Below are positions 1 through 11,223 of a DNA stretch of 64,000 bases, piece by piece; positions within the stretch are counted from its first letter, which is position 1; the number at the start of each line of letters is the position of its first letter. The notes under the pieces are model-generated. The model was not told where the DNA came from and searched no databases. It worked only from the letters and a program-made list of their open reading frames with translations. The stretch covers positions 94-64,093 of the forward strand of contig JAUVZF010000009.1 of assembly GCA_030602705.1 (NCBI GenBank), read 5' to 3'. Both the position numbers and the translations under genes were made by a program. Source of the stretch: Planctomycetota bacterium. GTDB lineage: Bacteria; Planctomycetota; Phycisphaerae; FEN-1346.

Positions 1-1833
1 CATTCGCTCTTTGGGCGGCAGCGGCTTTCCGTCCACGCAAACGTCCACTCGCCCGCGGCGCACCTCGGTCTGCCACCGGACGGCCTCGGGGAACTCGTCC
101 CGGCAGTGCATCAACTGCGGGACCGGCAGAAAACCCAGGCGAAAGACGTCGTAAAGCCCCCGGGGGGTATACGGGCGATCCACGCACGCCTCAACCGTTG
201 CCAGGACGTGCCGGGCGCCTTGAATCAGAGAGGACGTTCTCTCGCGCACCTCCGGATGGGCCGACATGTCGTCCACCTGCCCCCCGGCCCGGAGGCGCCG
301 GTACGACGCCAACGCCGCTCGCGTGATCCGGATGCTCTCGTTGATGGTCCGGGGCGTGGCCAGGTGGTGTCCCTCACAGTAACTGACGACGTGGATGATG
401 TCGGGGCTGCGTGGGTCGTCCGGTTCGATGTCGTCCATCAGCGCCGTCACGGCCGCCAGTTGCGCCTTCGCCTTCGGCAGTTCATGCGACAGGTAGTCCA
501 GCCCGGCGCGGGTCTGGAGAGTCACCCGGAAGGTCGAGCCTTCGAGTTCGCGGACGAGCGTCAGGGCGGCGCGCGCCTTGGCGAGGTCGTTGACGCCCCA
601 GGTATACTTCGGCTGGTTCAGCATGATGGGCAGTATGAGGTTGCGGATGCCGAGGCGTCTGGCGGTCCTGGCCGCCAGAACCGCCGACACGATACACGTC
701 ACGTCATCGGCCCCCCGGAAGGCGAACTGGTGGGCCACGTTGGGTTCGTACGGTGTCCCCGCCGAGGCGACCAGCCGCAGGGCTTCGACGTGCTCCCGCA
801 GGTTCGTCGGCACCGCGTTCGGGCCCCGCCCGTCGAGCCGCGAGAACCACCACAGCGACAGGGCGTGCCAGGCGTTGTGGAGGGTCCGTTCGTGCATGGC
901 GGCGAGTTCGGGCACGTTTCGTGTACCCGCGTACGTCCTGACGAGCATGGGCCTGGCGGCCTGCCCTATGCGCTCGTATTCGCGCGGTGAGTTGATCGGT
1001 ACGCCGCCCCCGTTCGGCCTGCCGTCCCACGCCTCGCCGAACCGCTCCTGGGTCAGTTGCGACGTGCCGATGGAGAGGACGTCCAGCAGGCCGGCGCGTG
1101 CAAGTTCCCGGCACCAGGACTCAAAGTGCTTCACGGCCTCTCGCCGATTCGATTGATACGGGCCCGCATGGGCCCGCATCAGCGGCGGGAGACCGTGCCG
1201 GCGGCCGTGCTCCATCCTGTCAACAACCTTCTCCTGCTTCGTGCCAAATGACTTCGAGGTCGCTCTGTCCACGGGCATGACCGAGGCCTCGTCGCCCGCC
1301 GCGATGACGTCTCGGCCGAAACTCGCGAGGGCGGCGTCGTAGGGGTGGACGCCGGCGATGTCGTCCGGGGCCAGCGCGGGGTCAATGCCCATGCGCGTCA
1401 GGGTTTCGCGAGGGCTTTCGTCGCCGCGGAAGACGCCGACCGCATCGCCATAAAGGTGGTGTACGGCGTCACAGGCGGCCGGCAGCCCTGCAAAATAGAC
1501 CGCCTTGATCCGCCCGCCGCACGTCTTCAGGAGCCGGTCGCTCGCCAGTTGCCCCATCAGGCGCCGAAAGACGCGCACCCCGTCTTCGGCGCCAAGGCGG
1601 TAGGAGAAGCAAAGGACACTGATGCGGTTCTCGGAGAGCCACCGGCGAATACGCGATGAGTTCTCCGCTCGGGCCGGCTCCGAGAAGGCCCCGCACAGGG
1701 CCGGCCCGGCGATGACCGTCCGGAACCCGGACGCCCGGAGGAGTTCATCCGCCCGTAACAGGCCAAGCGTGTGGGCGTCGATCCGGGTCCGGGCCAAACC
1801 GATGGTGTCGGCACGGGTTACCGGGTCAGACAT
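1..1833 (-). CDS. Cobalamin-binding domain fused to putative mutase-type TIM barrel (partial, runs off the window)
   Basis: Hand-translated open frame from ATG 1833 to base 1 (611 codons, no stop), absent from the ORF track. N-terminus MSDPVTRADTIGLARTRIDAHTLGLLRADELLRASGFRTV...VLCFSYRL...VYFAG fits the DxHxxG...S.L...G B12-binding signature. Overlaps the upstream stop (ATGTCTGA). Confidence 0.75.
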   Translation of the reverse strand, partial: MSDPVTRADTIGLARTRIDAHTLGLLRADELLRASGFRTVIAGPALCGAFSEPARAENSSRIRRWLSENRISVLCFSYRLGAEDGVRVFRRLMGQLASDRLLKTCGGRIKAVYFAGLPAACDAVHHLYGDAVGVFRGDESPRETLTRMGIDPALAPDDIAGVHPYDAALASFGRDVIAAGDEASVMPVDRATSKSFGTKQEKVVDRMEHGRRHGLPPLMRAHAGPYQSNRREAVKHFESWCRELARAGLLDVLSIGTSQLTQERFGEAWDGRPNGGGVPINSPREYERIGQAARPMLVRTYAGTRNVPELAAMHERTLHNAWHALSLWWFSRLDGRGPNAVPTNLREHVEALRLVASAGTPYEPNVAHQFAFRGADDVTCIVSAVLAARTARRLGIRNLILPIMLNQPKYTWGVNDLAKARAALTLVRELEGSTFRVTLQTRAGLDYLSHELPKAKAQLAAVTALMDDIEPDDPRSPDIIHVVSYCEGHHLATPRTINESIRITRAALASYRRLRAGGQVDDMSAHPEVRERTSSLIQGARHVLATVEACVDRPYTPRGLYDVFRLGFLPVPQLMHCRDEFPEAVRWQTEVRRGRVDVCVDGKPLPPKERM

Positions 1834-2938
1834 GAACGCTCTCCGGGACCCGGTCTTCGCCCCGGATGATGGCTGCGAGTTCCTCCTTGACGCCCCCGGC
1901 CGAGAGGCCGAGTTTGGCAAGCGTTCTCCCCTCCGTCCGGAAGTCTCGCCCGAGCGTCACAGACCCTTCGTCGATGAGATGATCGACGGCCGGCGTCGCG
2001 ATGCCGAGGGCCTTGGCCAACTCCGAAATGGGCACCAGGCCCATGGGAATGTCTTCCCAGAGGTACCGGTGGTCGAGGGTGGTTGGGGCCTCGATGTCCT
2101 GGTAGCCGGGATTCGTGCGGAGCATCGTGTACACGTCGGACGGCTCAAGGCCGTACCTGGAATGGAGCCATTGCGCGACGGACAGAGGCCGGGCGTCCAG
2201 GGCCTTGGCGAGCGACTGGAATTCACCGTCCACTCGGGCAAGGAACCGCGCCGCTTGTCTGGTGATTCCGGCAGTGTAAAAGTCGAACGCTTCCTTCGCA
2301 CGAATTCTCTGTTTATTGAACAGGGCAATGGTCGGATGGAAAATCGCTCCGATGTTGCCGAGGCTGGTCTCCAGAAACGACGGCGCGGCGACGAACTGCG
2401 GGTACACGCCGCCGAGGCGACGGAGGAGATACGGGGTGGCCTCGGCGCGGACCGCCGAAACCGACACCTCCCTCTTGACCGCCTTGATGACGGCGGTTCC
2501 CGCGACGGGAACCCTGCACACGTAAACGAGCGTGTTGGCCTCTCCGACGATTGGCTCGACCGCGCAGCCGGACTGCCGGAGGACACGGGAAAACTCCAGC
2601 GCGCCGAAGGTCCGGCCGGGGTTCAGAAGAATGACCTGGCCGTCCCGCAGGTGGGGAGCCATCCGTCCCGCCACCGGCCGGTGCCCCGTGGCGGTCGTGA
2701 CGATCATGATGACGTCTCGGTCGGCCAGTGCCTTCGGCAGGTCGGTGCCGATGTAGGAGATCCTTCCGACGCCCCGGATTTTGCCCTGAAGTTCGATGAA
2801 CCCCCGATCCTTAAACGGCGCGATTCGGGCGGCGGACCGGTTCCAAAGGGCCACGTCATAACCGGCCGATGCAAGGTGTCCGGCCATGGCCTGGCCGCCG
2901 CATCCGGCTCCGATCACCGCGAATGTTGGCTTCCTCAT
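1826..2938 (-). CDS. NAD/NADP octopine/nopaline (opine) dehydrogenase family protein
   Basis: Rossmann motif FAVIGAGCGGQAMA, LNPGRTFG, LGNIGAIFHP and HRYLWEDIPMGLVP motifs; GAGGAG RBS before ATG 2938. Confidence 0.88.
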   Translation of the reverse strand: MRKPTFAVIGAGCGGQAMAGHLASAGYDVALWNRSAARIAPFKDRGFIELQGKIRGVGRISYIGTDLPKALADRDVIMIVTTATGHRPVAGRMAPHLRDGQVILLNPGRTFGALEFSRVLRQSGCAVEPIVGEANTLVYVCRVPVAGTAVIKAVKREVSVSAVRAEATPYLLRRLGGVYPQFVAAPSFLETSLGNIGAIFHPTIALFNKQRIRAKEAFDFYTAGITRQAARFLARVDGEFQSLAKALDARPLSVAQWLHSRYGLEPSDVYTMLRTNPGYQDIEAPTTLDHRYLWEDIPMGLVPISELAKALGIATPAVDHLIDEGSVTLGRDFRTEGRTLAKLGLSAGGVKEELAAIIRGEDRVPESVHV

Positions 2939-3101
2939 GGCGGGACTCTCCTCATACGGCTCCTTTGGTGTTTGAGACAGGCTCCGTTGAGCCGGCATGT
3001 GGCTCAGGCGTGGCCGTCCATCCCCCGGCCGCAAAGGCGTGGGTACACACCTCTTACCAGATTCCGCCACACAAAGCAAGCCTTTTCGCAACCACTCCTG
3101 G

Positions 3102-3190
3102 GAGTCTGTCGGAAAACCTCGCGCCGAAACCGGTAAGTCCTTTCAGCACAAAGGCTTATGAATTCTCGGGGCCGGCTCTCCGACAGACTC
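3102..3190. mobile_element. 89-bp MITE-like element, 12-bp terminal inverted repeats, CTGG direct repeats
   Basis: GAGTCTGTCGGA (3102-3113) and TCCGACAGACTC (3179-3190), flanked by CTGG at 3098-3101 and 3191-3194. Confidence 0.6.
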
Positions 3191-3319
3191 CTGGGAAGCG
3201 CCCCAGACATCGTACCCCCCTGGTACGGATTCTGGCGGCGGCACCCTGGCAGGGCGAGCCCCTGGCCCGTACGGGCCGTGGCACATGAGGTGTGACTCTT
3301 TTCACGGGCGGGCGGCAGG

Positions 3320-3396
3320 GCAAAAAGGTTCCAGGAACCTTTTCCCCGAAGGGCCCGCAGGGTGCTACGCAGAAAAGGTTCCTGGAACCTTTTTGC
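3320..3396. repeat. Double-palindrome REP-like element (AAAAGGTTCC-W-GGAACCTTTT x2)
   Basis: Near-identical inverted copy at 28101-28181. Confidence 0.85.
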
Positions 3397-3685
3397 AGGG
3401 TGGCACATGGCACGGGTCTGAAAACGCTACACCGCCGGCCGTCGAGATGGTACGCTTGTGTCGGCGAGCGGCGGTTGCACGCGAGGCGCAAGATAGACCA
3501 TGCGTGGAGCAGGATCATCCCGTGGTTTTCTCAGCACCGCCCTCGTACTACAACGAAACTTGAGTCTTTGTGCCCGCCTGGCGGCGTGCCCAGGCCGCCA
3601 GGAACGTGTCCCAGGGCCTTTCGCGGCGGCATGGTCCAGTACGGAGGCGTATGCCGAAGGCCGCCGCGCGGGAGGCCTCGTTGTA

Positions 3686-6600
3686 GTGCTGGTCCTCGCT
3701 GTCCTGACGGTGGGTGTCGTGGCGGCCGAGACGGCGGCCCGAAAGCCCGGCGGCGGGCCGGCGCCGCGCGGCCTGTTTCACCCGAAGGACGCCAGGGTCT
3801 GGGACAAGTCGGGCCACAAGTTCGTCTGGCGCGACGCGTGCGGAAACAGTATGGATGACCACCGGTTGGCCGGCGGCTTCGAGTGGGAAGGCGACTCGCG
3901 CGACTTCATCGCCCTGGGCGAAGGACGGGTGCGGAACGAACGCCGCAACGGCCTCTTCATGCTCTCCTTCCCCGACGGAAACGTGCTCAGCGCCTCGTGG
4001 CCGGTTGAGTTCCCGAAGGGGCACGTCTGGCGGCTGCAGTACGCCCTCACCAACGAGGCGGCCGCGAAGACCGCCAACGGCCTCAAGTTCACCGTCGTGG
4101 CCACCGATGCCGCCGGCGACCCGCATACGCTGGTCGAGCGGGTCTTGCGGCCGCGCGACGACCGCGTCTACGACGAGCAGATCCGATTCGACTTCGACGT
4201 GCGCAAGATCACGTTCGTCCACGACAACCTCGGCAGCGAGATGTGGGACGTATTGTGGATTCTTCCCGACGGCCTCGTGATTCCCCGGGTGAGGGTGCCG
4301 GCCGGGACCGAGGCGAGTTTCACAGCCCTGCGGCGGGCCATCGAGGATTTGTGCCGCACCTTCCCCCGCGACTACCCGCGCGGCCCGGAGTTCCTGGGTC
4401 GACTGGACCAGTTCCAGAAGAGCCTTGCCGAGATAACGAAGCCCGAGGACCTGGCGAACCTGACCCGCGATTTTCTGGCGCTGCGCCGCGAGGCGCTGAT
4501 CGCGAACCCCCTCGTCAGCGGCCAGCCCATCCTCTACGTCGTCCGGCCACAGTACCGCAGCCACTATCACGCCATCGACACACTGTTTCACACGGGGGAG
4601 TTCAACGTCGACAGAAACGAGCCGCACACCAACCTGTTCCAGGGCGGCGGCGCGATGAAGACGATCGACCTCGCGCGCGGCGGCGAGGTGAAGGTCCTGG
4701 TCGACGTGCCCGCGGGCGTTGCCCGCGACCCGGAGGTGCACTTCGACGGGCAGAAAATTATCTTTGCGCTCCGCCGCAACGTGCGCGAAGACTACCACAT
4801 CTGGGAGGTGAATGCCGATGGTTCGGGCATGAAGCAACTCACGTTTGCGGCGGGCGTCTCCGACTTCGACCCCATCTACCTGCCCGACGACACGATTGTC
4901 TTCTCATCGACGCGCGAGCCGAAGTTCAATCAGTGCTCGCGCGACCACGCGGCCAACCTCTTCCGCATGGAGGCCGACGGGGCCAACATTCACCAGATCG
5001 AACGCAACAACCTGTTCGATAACCAGCCGTCGCTGATGCCCGACGGCCGCATTTTCTACGCCCGTTGGGAATATGTCGACCGCAACTTCGGCGACGCTCA
5101 CAGCCTGTGGACCGTCGGCCCGGACGGGACGAACCAGGCCGTCTTCTGGGGCAACAACACGGCCTCGCCGGGCGCGGTCTACACGGCGCGCATCCTCCCC
5201 GGCACGAACCGGGCCATCTGCATCTTCGGCCCGCACCACGACCACCTGTGGGGGGCGATGGCGATTATCGACCCGAGCCTGGGCCTCGACGGTCGCGAGC
5301 CGGTCGTCCGCATCTGGCCGCCGGAGGCCATCAACCTCATCCGCACGGGCGGCCCGTTCGACTGCGACACGTTCTCAAGGGTGCGCCTCAAGTACGCCGA
5401 CCCGTACCCGCTCAGTGACCCCGCGACGGGCCGGGGGGCAGGTAAGTACTTCCTTTGCTCTCGCAGGACCGGCCGCGGCGACCAGATGGGAATTTACCTG
5501 GTTGACGTCTTCGGCAACGAACTGCTGCTGCACGCCGAGGGGCCGGGCTGCTACGACCCGATGCCGGTCGGACCGCGGCCGCGCCCGCCGGTTGTCCCCC
5601 CGCGGCGTGACTTTTCCGGCGCCCCGGGCCTGCTTTACGTCATGGACGTGTATCAGGGGACGCACATGCGCGGGGTCGAGCGCGGAACGGTGAAGCGGCT
5701 GCGCGTCGTCGAGTCGCCCGAGAAACGGCTCTGGTCGGCCGGCAGTTGGAACGGCCAGGGCTACACCGCGCCGGGGATGAACTGGCACAGCCTCGAGAAC
5801 AAGCGCATCCTCGGCTCTGTGCCGGTCGAGGAGGACGGGTCCGCGTACTTCGCCGTCCCGTCCGACCGGTTCGTCTACTTCCAGTTGCTCGACTCCAACG
5901 GGATGATGATCCAGTCGATGCGAAGCGGCACGATGGTGCAATCGGGCGAGCGGACCGGATGCGTCGGGTGCCACGAGGATCGCCTCACGGCCCCGCCGAA
6001 CCACCGGAGCCTGGCCGTGTCGCGACCCCCGCGAAAACTGGAGCCCTGGCACGGCCCGCCGCGCCTGTTCAGTTACATGGCCGAGGTCCAGCCGGTCTTC
6101 AACCGGCACTGCCTGGGGTGCCACGACTACGGCAAGAAGGGCGCGAAGAAACTCGTCCTCGCGCCCGACCGCGACCTGACGTTCAACGCCGCCTACAACG
6201 AACTCTGGCGCAAAGGCTACACGGGCGCCGTGGGCGGCGGACCAGCCGAGATCCGGCAAGCACGCTCCTGGGGCTCGCACGCCAGCAAACTGGTGCAGGT
6301 CCTTCGCAAGGGGCACAACGACGTCAAACTCAGCCCGGAGGAGTTCGACCGCATCGTCACCTGGGTGGACCTGAACGCGCCGTACTACGCCCACTACGCG
6401 TGCGCTTACCCGGACTCGCTCACCGGCCGCTGCCCGCTCGACGGCGGGCAACTCCGGCGCCTGACCCAACTGACGGGCGTGCCTTTCGGCCGCCTGAAGG
6501 GGCATGGCAGCAATCGCGGGCCGCAGGTTAGTTTCGACCGGCCCGAACTCAGCCCCGCTCTGGCGAAGTTCAACGACAAGGGCGACCCGAGGTATGCCGA

Positions 6601-6817
6601 AGCCCTCGCCATCATCGGCGCGGGACAGGAGATGCTCCGGAAACGCCCCCGGGCCGACATGCCCGGCTTCGTTCCGTGCGAGACCCACCGGCGCCGCCAG
6701 GCCAAGTATGACGCACGCCGCCGCATCGAAGCCGCTAACCGCCAGGCCATCCGCGAAGGAACCAAACGCTACGACGACCGGCCGACGCCGGGAACCGGCA
6801 AGGCCGGCGGCGAGTAG
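3686..6817 (+). CDS. Secreted hydrazine-synthase-alpha-like beta-propeller / c-type heme protein, paralog 1
   Basis: Hydrophobic N-terminus; TolB-like blades (DPIYLPDD, RWEYVD); ILGSVPVEEDGSAYF..P middle domain; CVGCH and CLGCH. Start uncertain (GTG 3686 after GGAGG; frame open from 3500). Confidence 0.75.
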   Translation: MLVLAVLTVGVVAAETAARKPGGGPAPRGLFHPKDARVWDKSGHKFVWRDACGNSMDDHRLAGGFEWEGDSRDFIALGEGRVRNERRNGLFMLSFPDGNVLSASWPVEFPKGHVWRLQYALTNEAAAKTANGLKFTVVATDAAGDPHTLVERVLRPRDDRVYDEQIRFDFDVRKITFVHDNLGSEMWDVLWILPDGLVIPRVRVPAGTEASFTALRRAIEDLCRTFPRDYPRGPEFLGRLDQFQKSLAEITKPEDLANLTRDFLALRREALIANPLVSGQPILYVVRPQYRSHYHAIDTLFHTGEFNVDRNEPHTNLFQGGGAMKTIDLARGGEVKVLVDVPAGVARDPEVHFDGQKIIFALRRNVREDYHIWEVNADGSGMKQLTFAAGVSDFDPIYLPDDTIVFSSTREPKFNQCSRDHAANLFRMEADGANIHQIERNNLFDNQPSLMPDGRIFYARWEYVDRNFGDAHSLWTVGPDGTNQAVFWGNNTASPGAVYTARILPGTNRAICIFGPHHDHLWGAMAIIDPSLGLDGREPVVRIWPPEAINLIRTGGPFDCDTFSRVRLKYADPYPLSDPATGRGAGKYFLCSRRTGRGDQMGIYLVDVFGNELLLHAEGPGCYDPMPVGPRPRPPVVPPRRDFSGAPGLLYVMDVYQGTHMRGVERGTVKRLRVVESPEKRLWSAGSWNGQGYTAPGMNWHSLENKRILGSVPVEEDGSAYFAVPSDRFVYFQLLDSNGMMIQSMRSGTMVQSGERTGCVGCHEDRLTAPPNHRSLAVSRPPRKLEPWHGPPRLFSYMAEVQPVFNRHCLGCHDYGKKGAKKLVLAPDRDLTFNAAYNELWRKGYTGAVGGGPAEIRQARSWGSHASKLVQVLRKGHNDVKLSPEEFDRIVTWVDLNAPYYAHYACAYPDSLTGRCPLDGGQLRRLTQLTGVPFGRLKGHGSNRGPQVSFDRPELSPALAKFNDKGDPRYAEALAIIGAGQEMLRKRPRADMPGFVPCETHRRRQAKYDARRRIEAANRQAIREGTKRYDDRPTPGTGKAGGE

Positions 6818-7025
6818 TCGCCGGCGAACGGCGGGGGACGGGCATCCTCTGGCAGCGGCCACGGGCGTGGACCATGGCGAGGCGCAGGCATCTGGCGGGC
6901 GCGGTGGCGGCGTTTCTTGTACCGTTATGGGGCCGCTGAAAACCACACAAAGTGAACGTTATTTCACGATAGTGCCGTTTTCTGCGGGTTTGGGGGGGAG
7001 AAAAAAAGATATCCGCCCGTGCGAT

Positions 7026-7053
7026 TTGACTTTTCCGGGATTTGTGCTATAGT
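7026..7053 (+). promoter_or_regulatory. Sigma70-type promoter with extended -10
   Basis: TTGACT-16 bp-TATAGT with TGn before the -10, about 275 bp upstream of the PEP-CTERM gene. Confidence 0.6.
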
Positions 7054-7328
7054 ATCACGTTGGTGCGGAGCAAGGGGCAAGCGGTTTGGGGGGACCGAAC
7101 CGGATGCCCTTTATCCATGTCGCCCAGCAAGGATAGGAGGAGCATAGCACGGGCCCCGTTGTGGGGATACGAGTGGGCCCAGGACCGTTGGCCTTTAGAG
7201 GGAGGCCGGCGGAGCGAAACTGAATAGTTAAGCCGGATTCTTGTGGCGATTTCTGGAGGGAAAGCCTTCGGAGATCGTCTTTTTTGTTGAACGAGCCAGT
7301 CGTTCGGAAAAGGGAAGAGAGGGCGATT

Positions 7329-7967
7329 ATGATGCGTCATGGCAGATGGTTATCAGTCTGTGCCTTCGCACTTGTCATGTTTTATCTTGTCGGACCGGTC
7401 CGGGCGGGCCCGATCGCGAACGGGGTCGGGGCCTTGACCGGATTCTTCGGCACGAGATCCTATACGTTTACCGCAGGGAGCGACACGTTGACCGCCGACG
7501 TCGATTACGCCGTCTACGCGCCGACCGCTTACCCGGGCGACGACCCGTCGACAGGGGCACACTACGTCTATGTCTATCAGATTTTCAACGCTGCGGCGAG
7601 CACGGTGGACGTGGCGTTCTTCAGCGTCGGCCTCGAAGAGGGGAGCGGCGCGGCCAATGCGGGGGACGACACCTCCGCGGGCGCGCCGGGGACCGCGGGC
7701 GGCCAGTCTCCGAGTCTTGAGATGGTCAGCGCAACCAGCGTGTACTGGCTCTTCGACCCGCAGATTGCCCCGGACGCGTTGTCCACGACACTGCTCTTCA
7801 CCAGTCCGTACACTCCGACGTGGAAGAGCGGCGCCATGGCCGACGGCGGTCTTCCGACGCCGGGGAGCGGCCTTCTGCCCTCCCCAACGCCGGAGCCCGC
7901 GACGTTGGGCCTGATGGGCGTGGGCTTGGCGTTTGCCGTTTACGCTCGTGGTCGTCGGCGGCGCTAG
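7329..7967 (+). CDS. PEP-CTERM sorting domain protein
   Basis: Signal peptide; C-terminal PEPATLGLMGVGLAFAVYARGRRRR. Confidence 0.88.
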   Translation: MMRHGRWLSVCAFALVMFYLVGPVRAGPIANGVGALTGFFGTRSYTFTAGSDTLTADVDYAVYAPTAYPGDDPSTGAHYVYVYQIFNAAASTVDVAFFSVGLEEGSGAANAGDDTSAGAPGTAGGQSPSLEMVSATSVYWLFDPQIAPDALSTTLLFTSPYTPTWKSGAMADGGLPTPGSGLLPSPTPEPATLGLMGVGLAFAVYARGRRRR

Positions 7968-8124
7968 CGCCGCTTTTGGCGCCGGGCGCGCCGAAGCGCC
8001 CGGTGGATAGGCAATCGGGGTTTCCCGGGCGATTCGCGGTTTCGTAAGACTTCTCCGACACCGTCGCGCAGAGTTGATTGCTGTGTCCTGATTGAAGGCG
8101 AGAGCGGGACCGGCAAGCGGCTCG

Positions 8125-8140
8125 TGGCGCGGCGTTTGCA
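8125..8140 (+). promoter_or_regulatory. Sigma54-like -24/-12 site
   Basis: TGGCGCGGCGTTTGCA has exact GG-N10-GC spacing; no + strand gene follows. Confidence 0.35.
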
Positions 8141-8196
8141 TTTTGCCGCTGCCCGGTTGCGCGGGCGTGGCAAGTTTTTCTGGCGAGCGCAGGCGG

Positions 8197-8278
8197 TTGT
8201 AGCGCCGGGCTTTATGCCCGGCGGCCGTTGGCGGCGGCGCCAGCCAGGATGCGCCGGGGATAAACCCCGGCGCTACGG
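8197..8278. repeat. GTAG-type REP pair
   Basis: GTAGCGCCGGGCTTTATGCCCGGCG ... CGCCGGGGATAAACCCCGGCGCTAC between convergent genes. Confidence 0.8.
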
Positions 8279-8352
8279 CCAAGCCGCAGGAAATCGTCCC
8301 ATGCCGGAAATCGTTGCCGGCGCCCGGTTGCGCGGGCCCTCCGGAAACTCTC

Positions 8353-9765
<1,413 letters not shown>

Positions 9766-9933
9766 CGCTAACCCCCCGGCCGGTGCCGGTTGACCCGCGC
9801 CCAGTGTACCGGCGGGCGCCGGGCGTTTCAATGGCCGCCACGTCGTTGCCAGGTTGAAACAGCAGCACCGCGGCCAGCGTCCGTGATACTTGGCCCCCGG
9901 TGAAGATACCGGGGGCAGTGTTGCGCGCTCCTG

Positions 9934-10043
9934 AGGTTGTAGCGCCCGTACGGGCGCCCGCCCGTCAGGCCGACGGCGGTTCCGCGCCGGGGATAAACCC
10001 CGGCGCTACGGCTGTTCGGAAAGACTTCCTCGCTCCTGCCTAG
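9934..10043. repeat. ~110-bp GTAG-type REP doublet
   Basis: Near-identical inverted copy at 41820-41929. Confidence 0.85.
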
Positions 10044-11122
10044 TTGGCGTGGCCTGGCGGCTCGCTGGCGTGACGGATGACGCCGACGGAGCGCGGCACG
10101 AGAAGGTCGAACTCGCGCTGCCAGGAGACGGCGACGGCGGCGCCGTCGGCATCGGCCGCCTCTTGAGGCACGGCCGTCTCGCCCGTCTCGCCCGGCTCGA
10201 TGCGCGTGTCGATGTCGTGACAGACGTCGCCCGCGCGGACGCCCTCCACGATTACCTGGACGGCCGAGCCGTTCCGGACGCGGACCGTATCCTTGTCGGT
10301 CCGCACCTCCAGGGCGCCCTCCAGGAACTTGGCCGTCGCGCCCAGCGGCACCGTCTCGTGGAACCGGTGGCGCACGTTGACGAGCAGGATGAACCGGGCG
10401 CTGTACTCGCCCAGGTAGCCGTGATACTCCAGGATGCGTTTGCTCTCGTCGGCGGGGTTGACGACCTCCAGGATGACCGGCCGGCCGATGTACTGCTCGA
10501 TCATCGGCTCGTAGGCGTTGGCGGTCTCGCCGACGAGCATCGTGCCGACGGTGCCGACCTGCCCGCCCTGGGCCTTCAGAACCGGGCTCGGCGACGTCTT
10601 GGCCGCCTGCTGGAGACTCATGCCCATCGCGCTGACGATGGCGTCGCGGAAGGTGTTGACGATGTTGCGTGCCCACCGCGCCACGCGGGTTCCCAGCGGC
10701 GGGTCGGCCATTCGGCGGGTCTGGCGGCGGCGCCGCCGGAGGGCCTTCTCGTCGAGGCGGTCCACGAAACGGTGAATCGAGAGGATGCGGCCGAGTTCGG
10801 CCTCGTAGATGAGAAACGAGTTCTTGGACGGGCGCTCCAGGGGCGACTCGTACACCAGTTCCAGCCCCTTCGAGAAGACCTTCAGAAGCCCCCAGATGCG
10901 GCGGCCTGCCTGCTCCTGGAGCGTGACGGGGTGCCGCCGGAACGTCTTCAGGCACCGGTCCCGCTTCCGCGCCGCGACGAACGCCCCGACCAGCGCCACC
11001 ACGAAGACGACCGTCAGCGCCAGGGCGAACGGGTTATCGAGGACGAAATCGAGGATGCCGCCTCCCTCGCTCCCGCTCTGCGGCGGCGCTGCCTGCTCGG
11101 CCAGGATCGCAAGATGGATCAT
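10040..11122 (-). CDS. Hypothetical protein with N-terminal membrane anchor
   Basis: 360-aa ORF, GGAGG RBS, one TM segment (FALALTVVFVVALVGAFVAA). Confidence 0.75.
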   Translation of the reverse strand: MIHLAILAEQAAPPQSGSEGGGILDFVLDNPFALALTVVFVVALVGAFVAARKRDRCLKTFRRHPVTLQEQAGRRIWGLLKVFSKGLELVYESPLERPSKNSFLIYEAELGRILSIHRFVDRLDEKALRRRRRQTRRMADPPLGTRVARWARNIVNTFRDAIVSAMGMSLQQAAKTSPSPVLKAQGGQVGTVGTMLVGETANAYEPMIEQYIGRPVILEVVNPADESKRILEYHGYLGEYSARFILLVNVRHRFHETVPLGATAKFLEGALEVRTDKDTVRVRNGSAVQVIVEGVRAGDVCHDIDTRIEPGETGETAVPQEAADADGAAVAVSWQREFDLLVPRSVGVIRHASEPPGHAN

Positions 11123-11223
11123 GGGTGGCCTCCCAAGCGTCCCCGCGCTTGCGTCCCCGCTCCCGGCGCGCCGGGATTGGGGCTTTGTTCAGTTTCGCGC
11201 TGGCGAGTTTCGCGCGCTTGCGC

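Noticed and set aside
106..3136. Long plus-strand ORFs 106-990 and 1622-3136, and similar shadow ORFs such as 10049-11668, 31270-33894, 44987-46918 and 47206-49557
   Set aside because: Antisense shadows of real high-GC genes, with no recognisable motifs.
3686..6817. Anammox hydrazine synthase
   Set aside because: No beta/gamma subunit or hdh genes; such paralogs are common in non-anammox planctomycetes.
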